64,000 nucleotides of DNA, taken from Mobula hypostoma. Taxonomy: Eukaryota. Of the stretch, positions 38,291 to 59,666 are shown in pieces; the stretch's first letter is position 1, and every line of letters begins with the position of its first letter. The stretch covers positions 99,388,001 through 99,452,000 of the forward strand of contig NC_086107.1 in assembly GCF_963921235.1 (NCBI RefSeq). The letters are read 5' to 3'. The notes below the pieces were generated by a model. The model saw nothing but the letters and a program-made list of their open reading frames with translations, ran no database searches and was not told where the DNA came from. A program made the translations under genes and the position numbers.

Positions 38291-38979
38291 GTCATTATAC
38301 ACCAGTCATTGAAAGTGGGCATGCAGGTACAGCAGGCGGTGAAAAAGGCAAATGGTATGCTGGCATTTATAGCGAAAGGATTCAAGTACAGGACCAGGGA
38401 GGTACTACTGCAGTTGTACAAGGCCTTGGTGAGACCACACCTGGAGTATTGTGTGCAGTTTTGGTCCCCTAATCTGAGGAAAGACATCCTTGCCATAGAG
38501 GGAGTACAAAGAAGGTTCACCAGATTGATTCCTGGGATGGCAGGACTTTCATATGAAGAAAGACTGGATGAACTGGGCTTGTACTCGTTGGAATTTAGAA
38601 GATTGAGGGGGGATCTGATTGAAACGTATAAAATCAGGCTAGATGCAGGAAGATTGTTCCCGATGTTGGGGAAGTCCAGAACGAGGGGTCACAGTTTGAG
38701 GATAAAGGGGAAGCCTTTTAGGACCGAGATTAGGAAAAACTTCTTCACACAGAGAGTGGTGAATCTGTGGAATTCTCTGCCACAGGAAACAGTTGAGGCC
38801 AGTTCATTGGCTATATTTAAGAGGGATTATGGCCTTGTGGCTACGGGGATCAGGGGGTATGGAGGGAAGGCTGGGGCGGGGTTCTGAGTTGGATGATCAG
38901 CCATGATCATAATAAATGGCGGTGCAGGCTCGAAGGGCCAAATAGCCTACTCTTGCACCTATTTTCTATGTTTCTATGT
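38291..38979 (+). mobile_element. Young CR1 3' fragment inserted in an older CR1 (about 37980-39460)
   Basis: Near-identical to 12243-12956; host CR1 resumes at 38980. Confidence 0.92.
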
Positions 38980-39829
38980 AAGAGTTTATGTTGCAACTTT
39001 ATAAAGCTCTGGTTAGGCCACATCTAGAGTACTGCAAACTGTTCTGGTCTACAGGGAGGATGTTGAGGGTGCAGAAGGGGATGAGAGGGCATGTGCTGTC
39101 ATGAAAGGCTGGATAAACTTGGGTTGTTTTCTCTGAATCATGACAGGCCTAGGTAGAGTAGACAGGGAGTATCTGTTTCAGGGTGGAAATATCTAATACC
39201 AGAGGCATGCATTGAAGGTGAGAGGGGGTAGGTTCACAGAGGATGTGAGGGGTACATTTTTTTTTACTTAGAAGGGTGGTGAATGCCTGGAATGTGCTGC
39301 CTGGTGTGGTGGTTGAGGCCAATACATTAGAGGCTTTTAAGAGACGTTTGGATAGGCACATGGATGTGAGGAAGATGGAGGGGTGTAGGTAGGAGGGATC
39401 AGTGTTTGGATGTTTTTGATTTGCCATTAAGATGTGGGCCCTATGGCCAGTTCCTGTGCTGTACTGTTCTACCTTCTATATGTTAGATGGCTCACAGAAC
39501 ATTCCTCCTCCCTGTATCCTATTCCCCTCATATTCCCATCAGTTCTCACTGACACACAGGAGCCAGTTAACCCACCGACGCACACGCCTTTGGGATGTGG
39601 GAGAAAACCGGAACACAGCGAGGATGCAAACTCCGCACAAACAGAAGCCAAGATCAGGACGGAACGCTGGTCTCTGGGTGGTGAGGCAATAAGGCAGACG
39701 GATACCTGGACAGGTGGAGACCTTTCTCTGTCTTCAAGGGTCCCCCGGAATCCCGAACACTGAAAGTGTTGTTGCTCTCTGAAAGTGACTGCGGTTCAAA
39801 ACATGATCCCGACACGAACCATATACTAG

Positions 39830-39868
<39 letters not shown>

Positions 39869-40227
39869 CCCCTACCTGGAGGAACTCAGCAGGCCAGGCA
39901 GCAAATATGAAAAGAGTAAACAGTCGACTTCTGGGGCCGGGACCCTTCACCAGGACACTAGAAGATGGAGCAACGCACAATCTGCCAGAGGAACTCTGTG
40001 GGGAGAAAGGAACGGTTAATGTTTACGGTCCAAACTTTTCATCAGGATTGAGACCTAGACAATTTCTTTCTCCCCCACAGATGCTGCCCATCCACGGAGT
40101 TCCTCCAGCAGATTTTTTATCACCCAACAACTACTAGGGACGTCCCAATATTTCGTGCGGCCGTAATGTGAGCCCCTAATATAGTCGCACTGGGCTGTTT
40201 GTCTGTGTTTCAGGGCCTCGGGCAGCG

Positions 40228-48189
<7,962 letters not shown>

Positions 48190-49589
48190 CCCCGCCCGAC
48201 GGACTGAATGGTCGGTTGCGTGCAGTTTGATGGCTTCAAAGGGCAGCAGAAACTTACCACAAGACGGAGTCACTATAAGGAGCCTGTGCCATGGGCAGTA
48301 AAGCTACAGTGCTTTATGTCGATTTCAGGCCCGTCAGAGTCAGCGAGGGTCAAGCTGATGTAAGGATTCGTGACCAACACACACAAACGCTGGAGTAACT
48401 CATCAGGTCAGGCAACATCTATAGAGGGGAATAAACAGTCGACAAATTCTCTCTTCAAAGGTAATTTAGTGACTCACTACTCCCCCTCTGTGATCTCTGC
48501 TGCTACTCTGTGATCTCCTACTCTTGGAGATCGCTTCTTCTGCCGCCCTTTACCTCTTCACCTATCCTCTCCCTCACCTATCACCTCCCAGCTCATACTC
48601 TTTCCCCTCCCCTCACCCTTCTTAATCTGGTTTATATCCCTTTCTAGTCCCGATGAAGGGTCTTGGCCCGAAATGTCGACTGTTAATGTTGCCTGACCTC
48701 CAGTATTTTGTTTGTGAAGCTGAGTACCTGTAATAAAATCCTCAACAGAACCTGGGTGGGACGGGTTGTTTGGGAAGGGGGCTGCAGGAAGGGGGAATTT
48801 TGCTGACCCCTCTGCCTTGGAGTTTTCTGGTAGCTCGGTACCTTTTCATGAACATGGTCTACCAGAGAGGGGAGATCCCTACCTTCCTGAGATCTGGACG
48901 ACCTGCAGCAAACACAATTGGCCCGGGGAAGTATTCCCAATGCTGTGTCTGCAAAGTCCTTCAAATCCCCTGGAAGGACAAGCAAACCAAAGTCTGTGTC
49001 CCCTCCCAGGCGACACCCCCAGGACTGAAACCTTGGTTCTCCTTCATTAGCCATGCCTGACACCGGACGCCCAAAGCTGATGCTCAGTTCCGGTCTCTGT
49101 CACAAAAAGAGATTTCCGGGTAACAGTGGGGAAGGTCCAAGGATATTCTCAAAGCCCATGTGAGGAACGACATCCTTACTGACTCCTTGAAACTTCTGGC
49201 CCTTTGAGTAACCAAGTGGAGGAGGAGCCTTAGGGAAGGTGTTGAGAACTTTAAGGCTGTACCTCAAGCACACACAAAAGCAGAAGGAACATACTATCTC
49301 ACAAGCTACCCATCCACCAGCCTGCCAGTGGAAGGGTCTAGGTGTCCCAGGCTGGTCTCACCAGTTAGCCAAGAACCCACTAAACTTGCACAGACAGGGA
49401 ATTACCAGTCAGGATTGCCTGAGAAATGCGACAATGAGACTCATTCAAGAGTCAACACTGGGGTCCAGATGGCGAAATTCTGTGAATAAAGGATTCGTAA
49501 ATAACCAAACTGTCTGTGTGGGAAAGGTAGTGGGGCAAATAGGTAGACAGTGCCTGAGAGAGCCTTGGAAATGAGAGAGTAAAGGAGGA

Positions 49590-52500
49590 CAAGCAAGCGA
49601 GAGGTAATGTTGCAGCTATATAGGACCCTGGTCAGACCCCACTTGGAGTACTGTGCTCAGTTCTGGTCGCCTCACTACAGGAAGGATGTGGAAACCATAG
49701 AAAGGGTGCAGAGGAGATTTACAAGGATGTTGCCTGGATTGGGGAGCATGCCTTATGAGAATAGGCTGAGTGAACTTGGCCTTTTCTCCTTGGAGCGATG
49801 GAAGGTGAGAGGTGACCTGATAGACGTGTACAAGATGATGAGAGGCATTGGCTGAGAGGGGATCTTATTGAAACATATAAGATTATTAAGGGATTGGACA
49901 CGCTGCAGGCAGGAAGCATGTTCCCGCTGATGGGTGAGTCCAGAACCAGAGGCCACAGTTTAAGAATAATTGGGTAGGCCATTTAAAAAACATAGAAAAC
50001 ATAGAAAATAGGTGCAGGAATAGGCCATTCGGCCCTTCGAGCCTGCACCGCCATTTATTATGATCATGGCTGATCATCCAACTCAGAACCCCGCCCCAGC
50101 CTTCCCTCCATACCCCCAGACCCCCGTAGCCACAAGGGCCATATCTAACTCCCTCTTAAATATAGCCAATGAACTGGCCTCAACTGTTTCCTGTGGCAGA
50201 GAATTCCACAGATTCACCACTCTCTGTGTGAAGAAGTTTTTCCTAATCTCGGTCCTAAAAGGCTTCCCCTCTATCCTCAAACTGTGACCCCTCGTTCTGG
50301 ACTTCCCCAACATCGGGAACAATCTTCCTGCATCTAGCCTGTCCAATCCCTTTAGGATCTTATACGTTTCAATCAGATCCCCCCTCAATCTTCTAAATTC
50401 CAACGAGTACAAGCCCAATTCATCCAGTCTTTCTTCATATGAAAGTCCCGCCATCCCAGGAATCAATCTGGTGAACCTTCTTTGTACTCCCTCTATGGCA
50501 AAGATGTCTTTCCTCAGATTAGGGGACCAAAACTGCACACAATACTCCAGGTGTGGTCTCACCAAGGCCTTGTACAACTGCAGTAGTACGTCCCTGCTCC
50601 TGTACTCGAATCCTCTCGCTATAAATGCCAGCATACCATTCACCTTTTTCACCGCCTGCTGTACCTGCATGCCCACTTTCAATGACTGGTGTATAATGAC
50701 ACCCAGGTCTCGTTGCACCTCCCCTTTTCCTAATCGGCCACCATTCAGATAATAATCTGTTTTCCTATTTTTGCCACCAAAGTGGATAACTTCACACTTA
50801 TCCACATTAAATTGCATCTGCCATGAATTTGCCCACTCACCCAACCTATCCAAGTCACCCTGCATCCTCTTAGCATCCTCCTCACTGCTAACACTGCCAC
50901 CCAGCTTCGTGTCATCCGCAAACTTGGAGATGCTGCATTTAATTCCGTCATCCAAGTCATTAATATATATTGTAAACAACTGGGGTCCCAGCACTGAGCC
51001 TTGCGGTCCCCCACTAGTCACCGCCTGCCATTCTGAAAAGGTCCCGTTTATTCCCACTCTTTGCTTCCTGTCTGCTAACCAATTCTCCACCCTCACCAAT
51101 ACCTTACCCCCAATACCGTGTGCTTTAAGTTTGCACACTAATCTCCTGTGTGGGACCTTGTCAAAAGCCTTTTGAAAATCCAAATATACCACATCCACTG
51201 GTTCTCCCCTATCCACTCTACTAGTTACATCCTCAAAAAATTCTATGAGATTCGTCAGACATGATTTTCCTTTCACAAATCCATGCTGACTTTGTCCGAT
51301 CATTTCACCACTTTCCAAATGTGCTGTTATCACATCCTTGATAACTGACTCCAGCAGTTTCCCCAGCACCGACGTTAGGCTAACCGGTCGATAATTCCCC
51401 GGTTTCTCTCTCCCTCCTTTTTTAAAAAGTGGGGTTACATTAGCCACCCTCCAATCCTCAGGAACTAGTCCAGAATCTAACGAGTTTTGAAAAATTATCA
51501 CTAATGCATCCATTATTTCTTGGGCTACTTCTTCAAGCACTCTAGGATGCAGACCATCTGGCCCTGGGGATTTATCTGCCTTCAATCCCTTCAATTTACC
51601 TAACACCACTTCCCTACTAACATGTATTTTGCTCAGTTCCTCCATCCCACTGGACCCTCTGTCCCTTACTATTTCTGGAAGATTATTTATGTCCTCCTTA
51701 GTGAAGACAGAACCAAAGTAACTATTCAATTGGTCTGCCATGTCCTTGCTCCCCATAATCAATTCACCTGTTTCTGTCTGCAGGGGACCTACATTTGTCT
51801 CTACCAGTCTTTTCCTTTTTACATATCTATAAAAGCTTTTACAGTCCGTTTTTATGTTCCCTGCCAGTTTTCTCTCATAATCTTTTTTCCCCTTCCTAAT
51901 TAAGCCCTTTGTCCTCCTCTTCTGAACTCTGAATTTCTCCCAGTCCTCAGGTGAGCCACTTTATCTGGCTAATTTGTATGCTTCTTCTTTGGAATTGATA
52001 CTATCCCTAATTTCTCTTGTCAGCCACGGGTGCACTACCTTCCTTGATTTATTCTTTTGCCAAACTGGGATGAACAATTGTTGTAGTTCATCCATGCAAC
52101 CTTTAAATGCTTGCCATTGCATATCCACCGTCAATCCTTTAAGTGTCATTTGCCAGTCTATCTTAGCTAATTCACGTCTCATACCTTCAAAGTTACCCCT
52201 CTTTAAGTTCAGAACCTTTGTTTCTGAATTAACAGAGTTGAGGAACAACTTTTTCACCCAGAGAGTGGTGGATGTATGGAATGCTCTGCCCCAGAAGGCT
52301 GTGAAGGCCAAGTCTCTAGATGCTTTCAAGAAAGAGATGGATAGAGTTCTTAAAGATAGCGGAATCAAAGGTTATGGGGATAAGGCAGGAACTGGATACT
52401 GATTGTGAATGATCAGCCATGATCACAGTGAATGACGGTGCTGGCTCAAAGGGCCGAATGGCCTACTCCTGCACCTATTGTCTATTGATCGTGTGGTTAG

Positions 52501-52820
52501 TGAGAGGCTTTTTCCCAGGGCTAAAATGGCTAACATGAGAGGACACAATTTTAAGGTGCTTGGAAGTAGGTACAGAGGAGATGTCAGGAGTAAGTTTTTT
52601 TTTACGCAGAGAGTGGTGAGTGCGTGGAATGGGCTGCCAACGACGGCGGTGGAGGCGGATACAATAGGGCCTTTTAAGAGACTCCTGGATAGATACATGG
52701 AACTTAGAAAACTAGAGGGTTATGGGTAACCCTAGGTAATTTCTAAAGTAAATACATGTTCGGCACAGCACTGTGGGCCGAAGAACCTGTATTGCGCTGT
52801 AGGTTTTCTATGTTTCTATG
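49590..52820 (+). mobile_element. Two older CR1 3' fragments hosting the young CR1 (three-level nest)
   Basis: Outer 49590-49850 + 52487-52820; middle 49851-49985 + 52231-52486. Confidence 0.85.
49989..52230 (-). mobile_element. Young CR1 LINE, 2.2 kb, ORF2 (RT) open except for one stop at 51961
   Basis: 559-aa ORF 50083-51762 with all RT motifs; in frame with the upstream ORF2 segment; (CATAGAAA)n tail. Confidence 0.97.
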
Positions 52821-53675
52821 CTTTGATAGGATACAGTTTTTGCGGACAAGTCCAGTTTTTGTAGCCCATCCCTAATTGTTTTTTAAGGTAATGTTTGAGC
52901 TATCTTTGTCAGTAACGCAGTGTACTCTGTAGCTGGTGCACTCTGTTGTGGTCCAGCTAATAAATGCTTACATTGGTGGAACACCTGTCAATCATTAGGC
53001 TGCCTTGTTCTGATTGGTGGCGAGTTCCCAGAGTATTGGAGCTCCACTCACCCAGGAAAGTGGAGAGTGTTCACTGAGGTCGAGTCTTATAAATGGTGGC
53101 AAGGTTTTGGGGGTATCGGGTGGAGTCACTCCCTGTATGATACCTAGCCTCTGAGCTGCTTTCCTAGCTAGGGTATTTAAATGGCTGCTCAACTGAGGAT
53201 TTATTCAATGGTTAATGCCATTTAATGTGAAGGGCAGGTGGTCATCGCTGGGCAAGTTTGTGACATGAAAATTACCCACCATTCGTCATCCCATGTCCAA
53301 ACATTGCCCAGGTTCCTTGCTGCATGCAGGGATGGGTTGTTTCATTAGCCGAGCTGCGCGTGTAATTGAACATATTGCCACGGTGACTATTTCCATTTCT
53401 GATACGACGGAGGGAAGGTCATCGATGAGGCAACTCAAAGATGGCTGGGCCCAGGACACTGGCCGGGGCAGCCGCCATAGTGAAGGTTGGGGCTAGAATG
53501 ATTGACTTCCAACATGCACAGCCAGCTTCCACCGAACGAGGTAAGGTTCCGCCTTTGCTGTGTTTCCTCTGTGATGCTCACTGAAATTGGTTTGACCAAG
53601 GCTTAAACCTGCAACACTGGCGGTTTCAAAAGGAAGGCAGATGATCCTCTCCCGCCCTTCTGTCTTGGAAAGGGA

Positions 53676-54845
53676 GGGTGGGGTGTGTGGAGAGAGGGGG
53701 GTGTGTGGAGAGAGGGGTGTGTGTGTGGAGAGGGGTGTGTGTGTGGAGAGGGGTGTGTGTGGAGAGGGGTGTGTGGAGAGGGGTGTGTGTGTGGAGAGGG
53801 GTGTGTGTGTGGAGAGAGGGGTGTGTGTGTGGAGAGAGGGGTGTGTGTGTGGAGAGAGGGGTGTGTGTGTGGAGAGAGGGGTGTGTGTGTGGAGAGAGGG
53901 GTGTGTGTGTGGAGAGGGGTGTGTGTGTGGAGAGGGGTGTGTGTGTGGAGAGAGGGGTGTGTGTGTGGAGAGAGGGGTGTGTGTGGAGAGAGGGGTGTGT
54001 GTGGAGAGAGGGGTGTGTGTGTGGAGAGAGGGGTGTGTGTGTGGAGAGGGGTGTGTGTGTGGAGAGGGGTGTGTGTGTGGAGAGGGGTGTGTGTGTGGAG
54101 AGGGGTGTGTGTGTGGAGAGGGGTGTGTGTGTGTGGAGAGGGGTGTGTGTGTGGAGAGGGGTGTGTGTGTGGAGAGGGGTGTGTGTGTGGAGAGGGGTGT
54201 GTGTGTGGAGAGGGGTGTGTGTGTGGAGAGGGGTGTGTGTGTGGAGAGGGGTGTGTGTGTGGAGAGAGGGGTGTGTGTGTGGAGAGGGGTGTGTGTGTGG
54301 AGAGGGGTGTGTGTGTGGAGAGGGGTGTGTGTGTGGAGAGAGGGGTGTGTGTGTGGAGAGGGGTGTGTGTGTGGAGAGGGGTGTGTGTGTGGAGAGGGGT
54401 GTGTGTGTGGAGAGGGGTGTGTGTGTGGAGAGGGGTGTGTGTGTGGAGAGAGGGGTGTGTGTGGAGAGAGGGGTGTGTGTGTGGAGAGGGGTGTGTGTGT
54501 GGAGAGGGGTGTGTGTGTGGAGAGGGGTGTGTGTGTGGAGAGAGGGGTGTGTGTGTGGAGAGGGGTGTGTGTGTGGAGAGGGGTGTGTGTGTGGAGAGGG
54601 GTGTGTGTGTGGAGAGGGGTGTGTGTGTGGAGAGGGGTGTGTGTGTGGAGAGAGGGGTGTGTGTGTGGAGAGGGGTGTGTGTGGAGAGGGGTGTGTGTGT
54701 GGAGAGGGGTGTGTGTGTGGAGAGGGGTGTGTGTGTGGAGAGGGGTGTGTGTGTGGAGAGGGGTGTGTGTGTGGAGAGAGGGGTGTGTGTGTGGAGAGGG
54801 GTGTGTGGAGAGGGGTGTGTGTGGAGAGGGGTGTGTGGAGAGGGG
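53676..54845 (+). repeat. About 1.2-kb G-rich tandem array (GGAGAGGG(GT)n, 14-20 bp units)
   Basis: Directly seen. Confidence 0.97.
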
Positions 54846-55456
54846 GGTGTAGAGATGGGGTGGAGAGAGCAGGTGGAGGGAGGGTGAGGGGAGGGGGAGA
54901 GGAAAGAGAGGGTGAGAGGGGGATGAGGGTGGTGGTGAGAGGGGGAGGGAGGGAGGGAGAGACAGACAGACGATGGATGGGAGTGAGGAGAGGGGCTTGA
55001 TTTGTTCCTGTTGTTCTACTGAACATTGTGGGCACCGGACTATGTGGCATCACCCGTGAGCTGCCCACAGCACCTCCTTAGATTGCATTGGTTATGAATA
55101 CAATCACACATTTCACCGCACGTGATAAATATATGAATGTGAATCCGAAGGAAAGATGGGGATTGTTACAGTGGAACGAAAGGAGGCTGAGAAGTGGTCA
55201 GACTGAGATGAGGTTACATGAGACTGTACCTAACACTTTCCTGTCCTGATATTTGATTACTCACCAGCCTAACAGAATAGTGTGGGCTGACTGTGGGAGA
55301 GGCACAGGCTGGCTCCCCAGTGACTACAGGCAGTGCCAAAGGGTTTGCCTGGCACACAGATCTCTCTGTTCCTTGGTAAATGAAACCTTGATCCCTCAGC
55401 CACTATCCCTTTTACCAGCAGCAAAGTTCCCACAGCCCCTCAATGATGTGCAGCGT

Positions 55457-55462
55457 TTTATT
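55457..55462 (-). terminator. Candidate polyA signal of the FAM234B-like gene (3' UTR about 4 kb)
   Basis: TTTATT on + = AATAAA on -, at the end of a largely TE-free UTR-like stretch. Confidence 0.35.
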
Positions 55463-57939
55463 ACAATCAGGTTAACTCCCCAAACAGATGGGCTGGGATT
55501 GTATTTACAGGATATACTCAGATATCTGAGGGTGGATGAGCTCTGGAAACAGCTGTGTAGTAGGTCGAACAGAATTCAATTACTCATACTTCACAAAGCC
55601 ATCCTCCCAACCGCACGGTCTGCCAATCAGGCCGGGCCTTGAAAAGGACAAACCTGAGCAGCAGAATGGCTGTGTTCTACACAAGAGGTTCATCTTACAC
55701 CACAGCAGGCAGAGAAGGAATTATTCAACCGTGGGAATGGTCCAGACCAAGACAAATAGGGCATAAAGGACAGGTAAAGGGCAATGGATGTGTACAGAGC
55801 CCCTTTACACCGAGGGCAAAGGGGGACCAGTTAAAGGCCCTTCGGCCCACATCTGCGCAGACTGCGATGCCAAATTAAACCAATCCCAGCTGCCTGCATA
55901 TAATTGGTATCCCTGCCAGTTCACGTGACTGCCTTTAACACCTCAAACTCCACCATCACTCTGCTGCCGCCACGCCGGCAGCCTGGTCAGACACCTACCA
56001 GCGTGCGTAGAAATCATGTCCCACACATCTCTAAAGCTTCCCTCTGGCACTTGACATTTCTATTCTATCTACGCCCCTCATAATTTTATGAATTTCTACC
56101 AGGATTCCCCTTAGTTTGACTGAAAATACCAAGACCTCTGTACTGAAAGGGCATTGGGCAGGTACAGGTGCCCCTGCACCCAGAGGGTAAAGGGGAGAGA
56201 GGAACCCTTGCCCCCAAAAGGACAAAGCAGAATGAGCTCCAGCAGGTACAGACCCCAGCACCAAGCAAGGAAATGAGAAAAATACAAATGTGGATTGGCT
56301 CAGTGACAGAGAGTGCAGGACTTCAAAACCTGGGACTGATAATAGCTTCATATAAAGCCCACCAACTCTGAAGTGCTATCATCTGAAGACTCTATCTGAT
56401 ATCCCTCTCCTTGTCCAGTACACAGTGGAATGATGAGCTGCGAAATCAAACTGTGAACCTAAACCCGAATGGTTGTAATCCGAGTAACAACAGCAGACTG
56501 ATCTGGTTCTCTGCTTCTGAATAAAGCTCGGCACACAACACAGTACGCTTTTCAGCACCTCCTTTCTGTTATTCATTCTGTCAGCATCAGCACAGGGAGG
56601 GAGCAGATACAATGCGTCGCCCTGGGTTTCACACGAGATCCTCGCACAGGTAGACGAGCGAAGCTACAGATTTCACCAACCCACAAAGCAGCAAGCATTT
56701 CTCCGACAGCTCCACTCCCATATACGCGGTCAAAGCAGCACGCATTTCCCAGAGAGCTCCAGTCCCGTTTACACGGTTAAACCCAGACGCGTGTCCATAT
56801 TCACAGCCGCACGCACCTAGGCAGATAGGCAGCAGATCTCACCGCGGGCTGGGCTGACCACTCTCTCAGCAGCAATTACAAACACATGATTGTCAGAAAA
56901 TTGAGAAGTACATATGCATCAAAGGAAAGGCATATAATACAATAAACTGCAGAATACATAAAGTTAGATGGGTCTTCCTCAGAGTCTTTGAAACATTCAC
57001 TGTAAGATCAAACTCTCACTCAACTCGTCACTGTTAATGGAGAGGTTGGACTCATCTGACTTGAACAGTAAATGCCCAGTTTAAGGATTCATTGTATGTC
57101 GATACCAGCATTACCATACCACTTTAGCAGAAGCATAACCTAGTATTAAAGAGCAAGGACTGTAGCAAGAATCTGGAGCTTAACAGAAATCAAGGGCAGA
57201 ATGATACAGCCATGTACAAGATGGATGTCTCACTGTGCTCACTGAACCCAGAGGTGTGAGATTCGGCTAACACCAGGAAAGGACTTTGAGTGCTGGGCTG
57301 TGCCTAGAAACTACATTCTATGAATCTACGAAAATAAATATTGTGGTCATAGACATGTAATATATTAAATTTGTTTCAGCTACATCTATACTGGTTCACG
57401 ATATTAACAGCTCTTCATAATTTATGTCTATATATACAGATATATAATTTGGTACTTTTCATACTTTGACCAACACATTAAAGTTTTATGCAGCTCAATG
57501 AGACACAGCTTTCGCTTTTATAAATTAACCTAAACAAAAAGAAAGCAAACATTGCAGATGTTGGAAATCTGAACTGAAACTGTGCTGGAAACACTCGGCA
57601 GGTGGGGCAGCATCTGATCCCACCTGGGAACTGCAGAGCCTCCCTGCCTCGTCTCCTGGAATGTGCCGGGCTGTCTGCCCCAGTTTCAGCGCTTACAGCA
57701 GTGCAGCCGGCACCAGAACTCTGTCCGAGACAGGCCAGCCGCTGGAGACGCAGACGTGTCCCATCAGACGTGTGGCTACCTGCTCCAGGCAGGAACCTCA
57801 GCTCAACTCCTCCTAAGCCAACCCGTCACACCTCACACTCACACCTCCCTCTCCCCTTGTCCCCTACCTTGTACTTAGGTATGGAACGATCTGTCTGGAT
57901 AGCACACAACATGGAGCTTTTCACTTTGTGACAATAATG

Positions 57940-58700
57940 AATCAAGTCCACCTCCCACACCTCGCCTCCCCAGCCCCACCACCTTCTGGCCCAGCAAACG
58001 ACCCCCTCTCCCCCTCCCCCTGGCACCCATACCTCACCTCCCCAACACCCACTCTCCCCAGCACTCACACCCCAGTCCCCCTGGTACCCACGCCTCACTC
58101 CCCCAGCATCCACACCACTCCCCCGGCACCCTAACCCCCCAAGAACCCACCCCAACACCCCACTCCTCCAACACCCACTCTCCCTGGCACCCAACCCCCC
58201 CCCCAGCACTCACACCCCACTCTCCCAGCACCCACTCGCACCAGCACTCAAATACCCCTAAGCCCTCACACTCCCGACACCCACAACACTCCCCCAGCAC
58301 CCAAACCCCCCTAGAACCCACCCCAGCACCCCTGGTACCCACACCCCCCTCTCCCCTACCCCAGCACTCACACTCCACTCTCCCAGCACCCAACCCCACT
58401 CCCCAGCACTCACACCACTCCCACTGGCACCCAAACCCCCCAGAACCCTCCCCAACACCCATATCCCCTCCCTCAGCACCACCCAACCACCCCGTACCCA
58501 TACCCCCTTCCCCTGGCACCCACTCACCTCCAGCACTCAGACAACTCCCCCCCCCCCCGGCAGCCAAACCCCCAGCACCCAAACCCCAGTCCCCTCCTCT
58601 CCCACAGCACCCACACCACTCCCTCCCCCCCCCCAGCACCCATACCCCACAGGCACACAAACCCCACTGCCCCCTCCCACCCAGACCCAATCCCTCGTGC
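57940..58700 (+). repeat. C-rich degenerate tandem/low-complexity tract (cccagcacc.. motifs)
   Basis: Directly seen. Confidence 0.9.
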
Positions 58701-59493
58701 ACCAGTAACTTCAGTTGAGGCCCATCCTGAATCCCATCCTCACATGCCACCCCCTCCCCCAGTCCAGTCCATTCATACCCGACCGATCCTGCTCCAGCAA
58801 TTCAGTGAGAGCTCGAACGTTGGTGACGTTTGGAAGTGCTGAACTGAAGGCAGCGGTGTGGGGAAAGTGTTTGGACTGGGACTGGTTTGTTAAGGTAATG
58901 GTAGAAAGGGGAGTCATTCCAGAGGACAGGAAATCTTCAAGGTTACGAGTAATTACCCTGAGCCCAGCAGCTTCATTGGGACACTGATACACGAGTTCTG
59001 CTCATCACTGGGACCTGGCCATCTTGCTGTAACAGCAATAACAAACTCCCTCCTACATAGGAGCCCTAACAAGGCATTATGGATCACTGTAACAGTTATG
59101 TTGTTGTAAAGGCAGCTCTCTGCAGCAGTACTGGGTGAAAACTAGACTAACACATTCGTCCCAAGCTGGTCCTTTGCGGCAACGGTGCCCTCTTAGACAA
59201 AGCTGACGTGAAGCAGGCAAGGGGTGGTGTGGCAGTCAGTCAGATGAAGAGCGGAGGGTATGTATCCCCTTTCACACACCAGGCCACTGTCAGCAGAGAG
59301 ACCTGGGGTCCCGGGTTCCCAGTGCGACCTCGCGCAGCAGCGGGAAGCTACCTTCAACTTGGATGAGATGCTCCTGTGAGGTTGGCAGACAGGTCGGGCG
59401 GGAATGGATGCTGCCCACAGGGACAACACGGGACAAACGGTGGTCGAGAGGGGACTTTCCGTACACAGCGATGGATTCAAGTGGTGGTTCTGT

Positions 59494-59523
59494 TCAGACT
59501 CGGTAAAAGGATGAGGTGAGAAC
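59494..59523 (-). CDS. FAM234B: Probable terminal coding exon of the FAM234B-like gene (VLTSSFYRV*)
   Basis: Strong acceptor ttttctctgatcttttatcag|G, phase 0 compatible with the upstream donor, followed by non-repetitive UTR-like sequence. Confidence 0.5.
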   Translation of the reverse strand, partial: VLTSSFYRV

Positions 59524-59586
59524 CTGATAAAAGATCAGAGAAAATTGCAAAGTTAGCAGAGCTGAAACTGAACCTCCTGCTTAGAG

Positions 59587-59666
59587 CAGGGGTTCCCGAC
59601 CTTTTTTATGCCCTGGACCCCTGCTGTCAACTGAGAGGTCCATAGACCCCAGATCAGGAACTCCCG
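59587..59666. mobile_element. 80-bp hAT-Charlie-type MITE
   Basis: caggggttccc...ggaactcccg; 8-bp TSD gcttagag; related copy at 30775-30880. Confidence 0.85.

Noticed and set aside
38225..38887. 220-aa ORF
   Set aside because: Chimera across the junction of two nested CR1 elements
53626..55068. 400-480 aa ORFs on both strands (HTPLS / CVERGV repeats)
   Set aside because: Translations of a stop-free simple tandem array
58034..58750. 238-aa Gly/Trp/Cys-rich ORF
   Set aside because: Low-complexity repeat translation
59193..59480. 95-aa minus-strand ORF as the FAM234 last exon
   Set aside because: Not in phase with the upstream phase-0 donor; the in-phase frame stops after 9 codons
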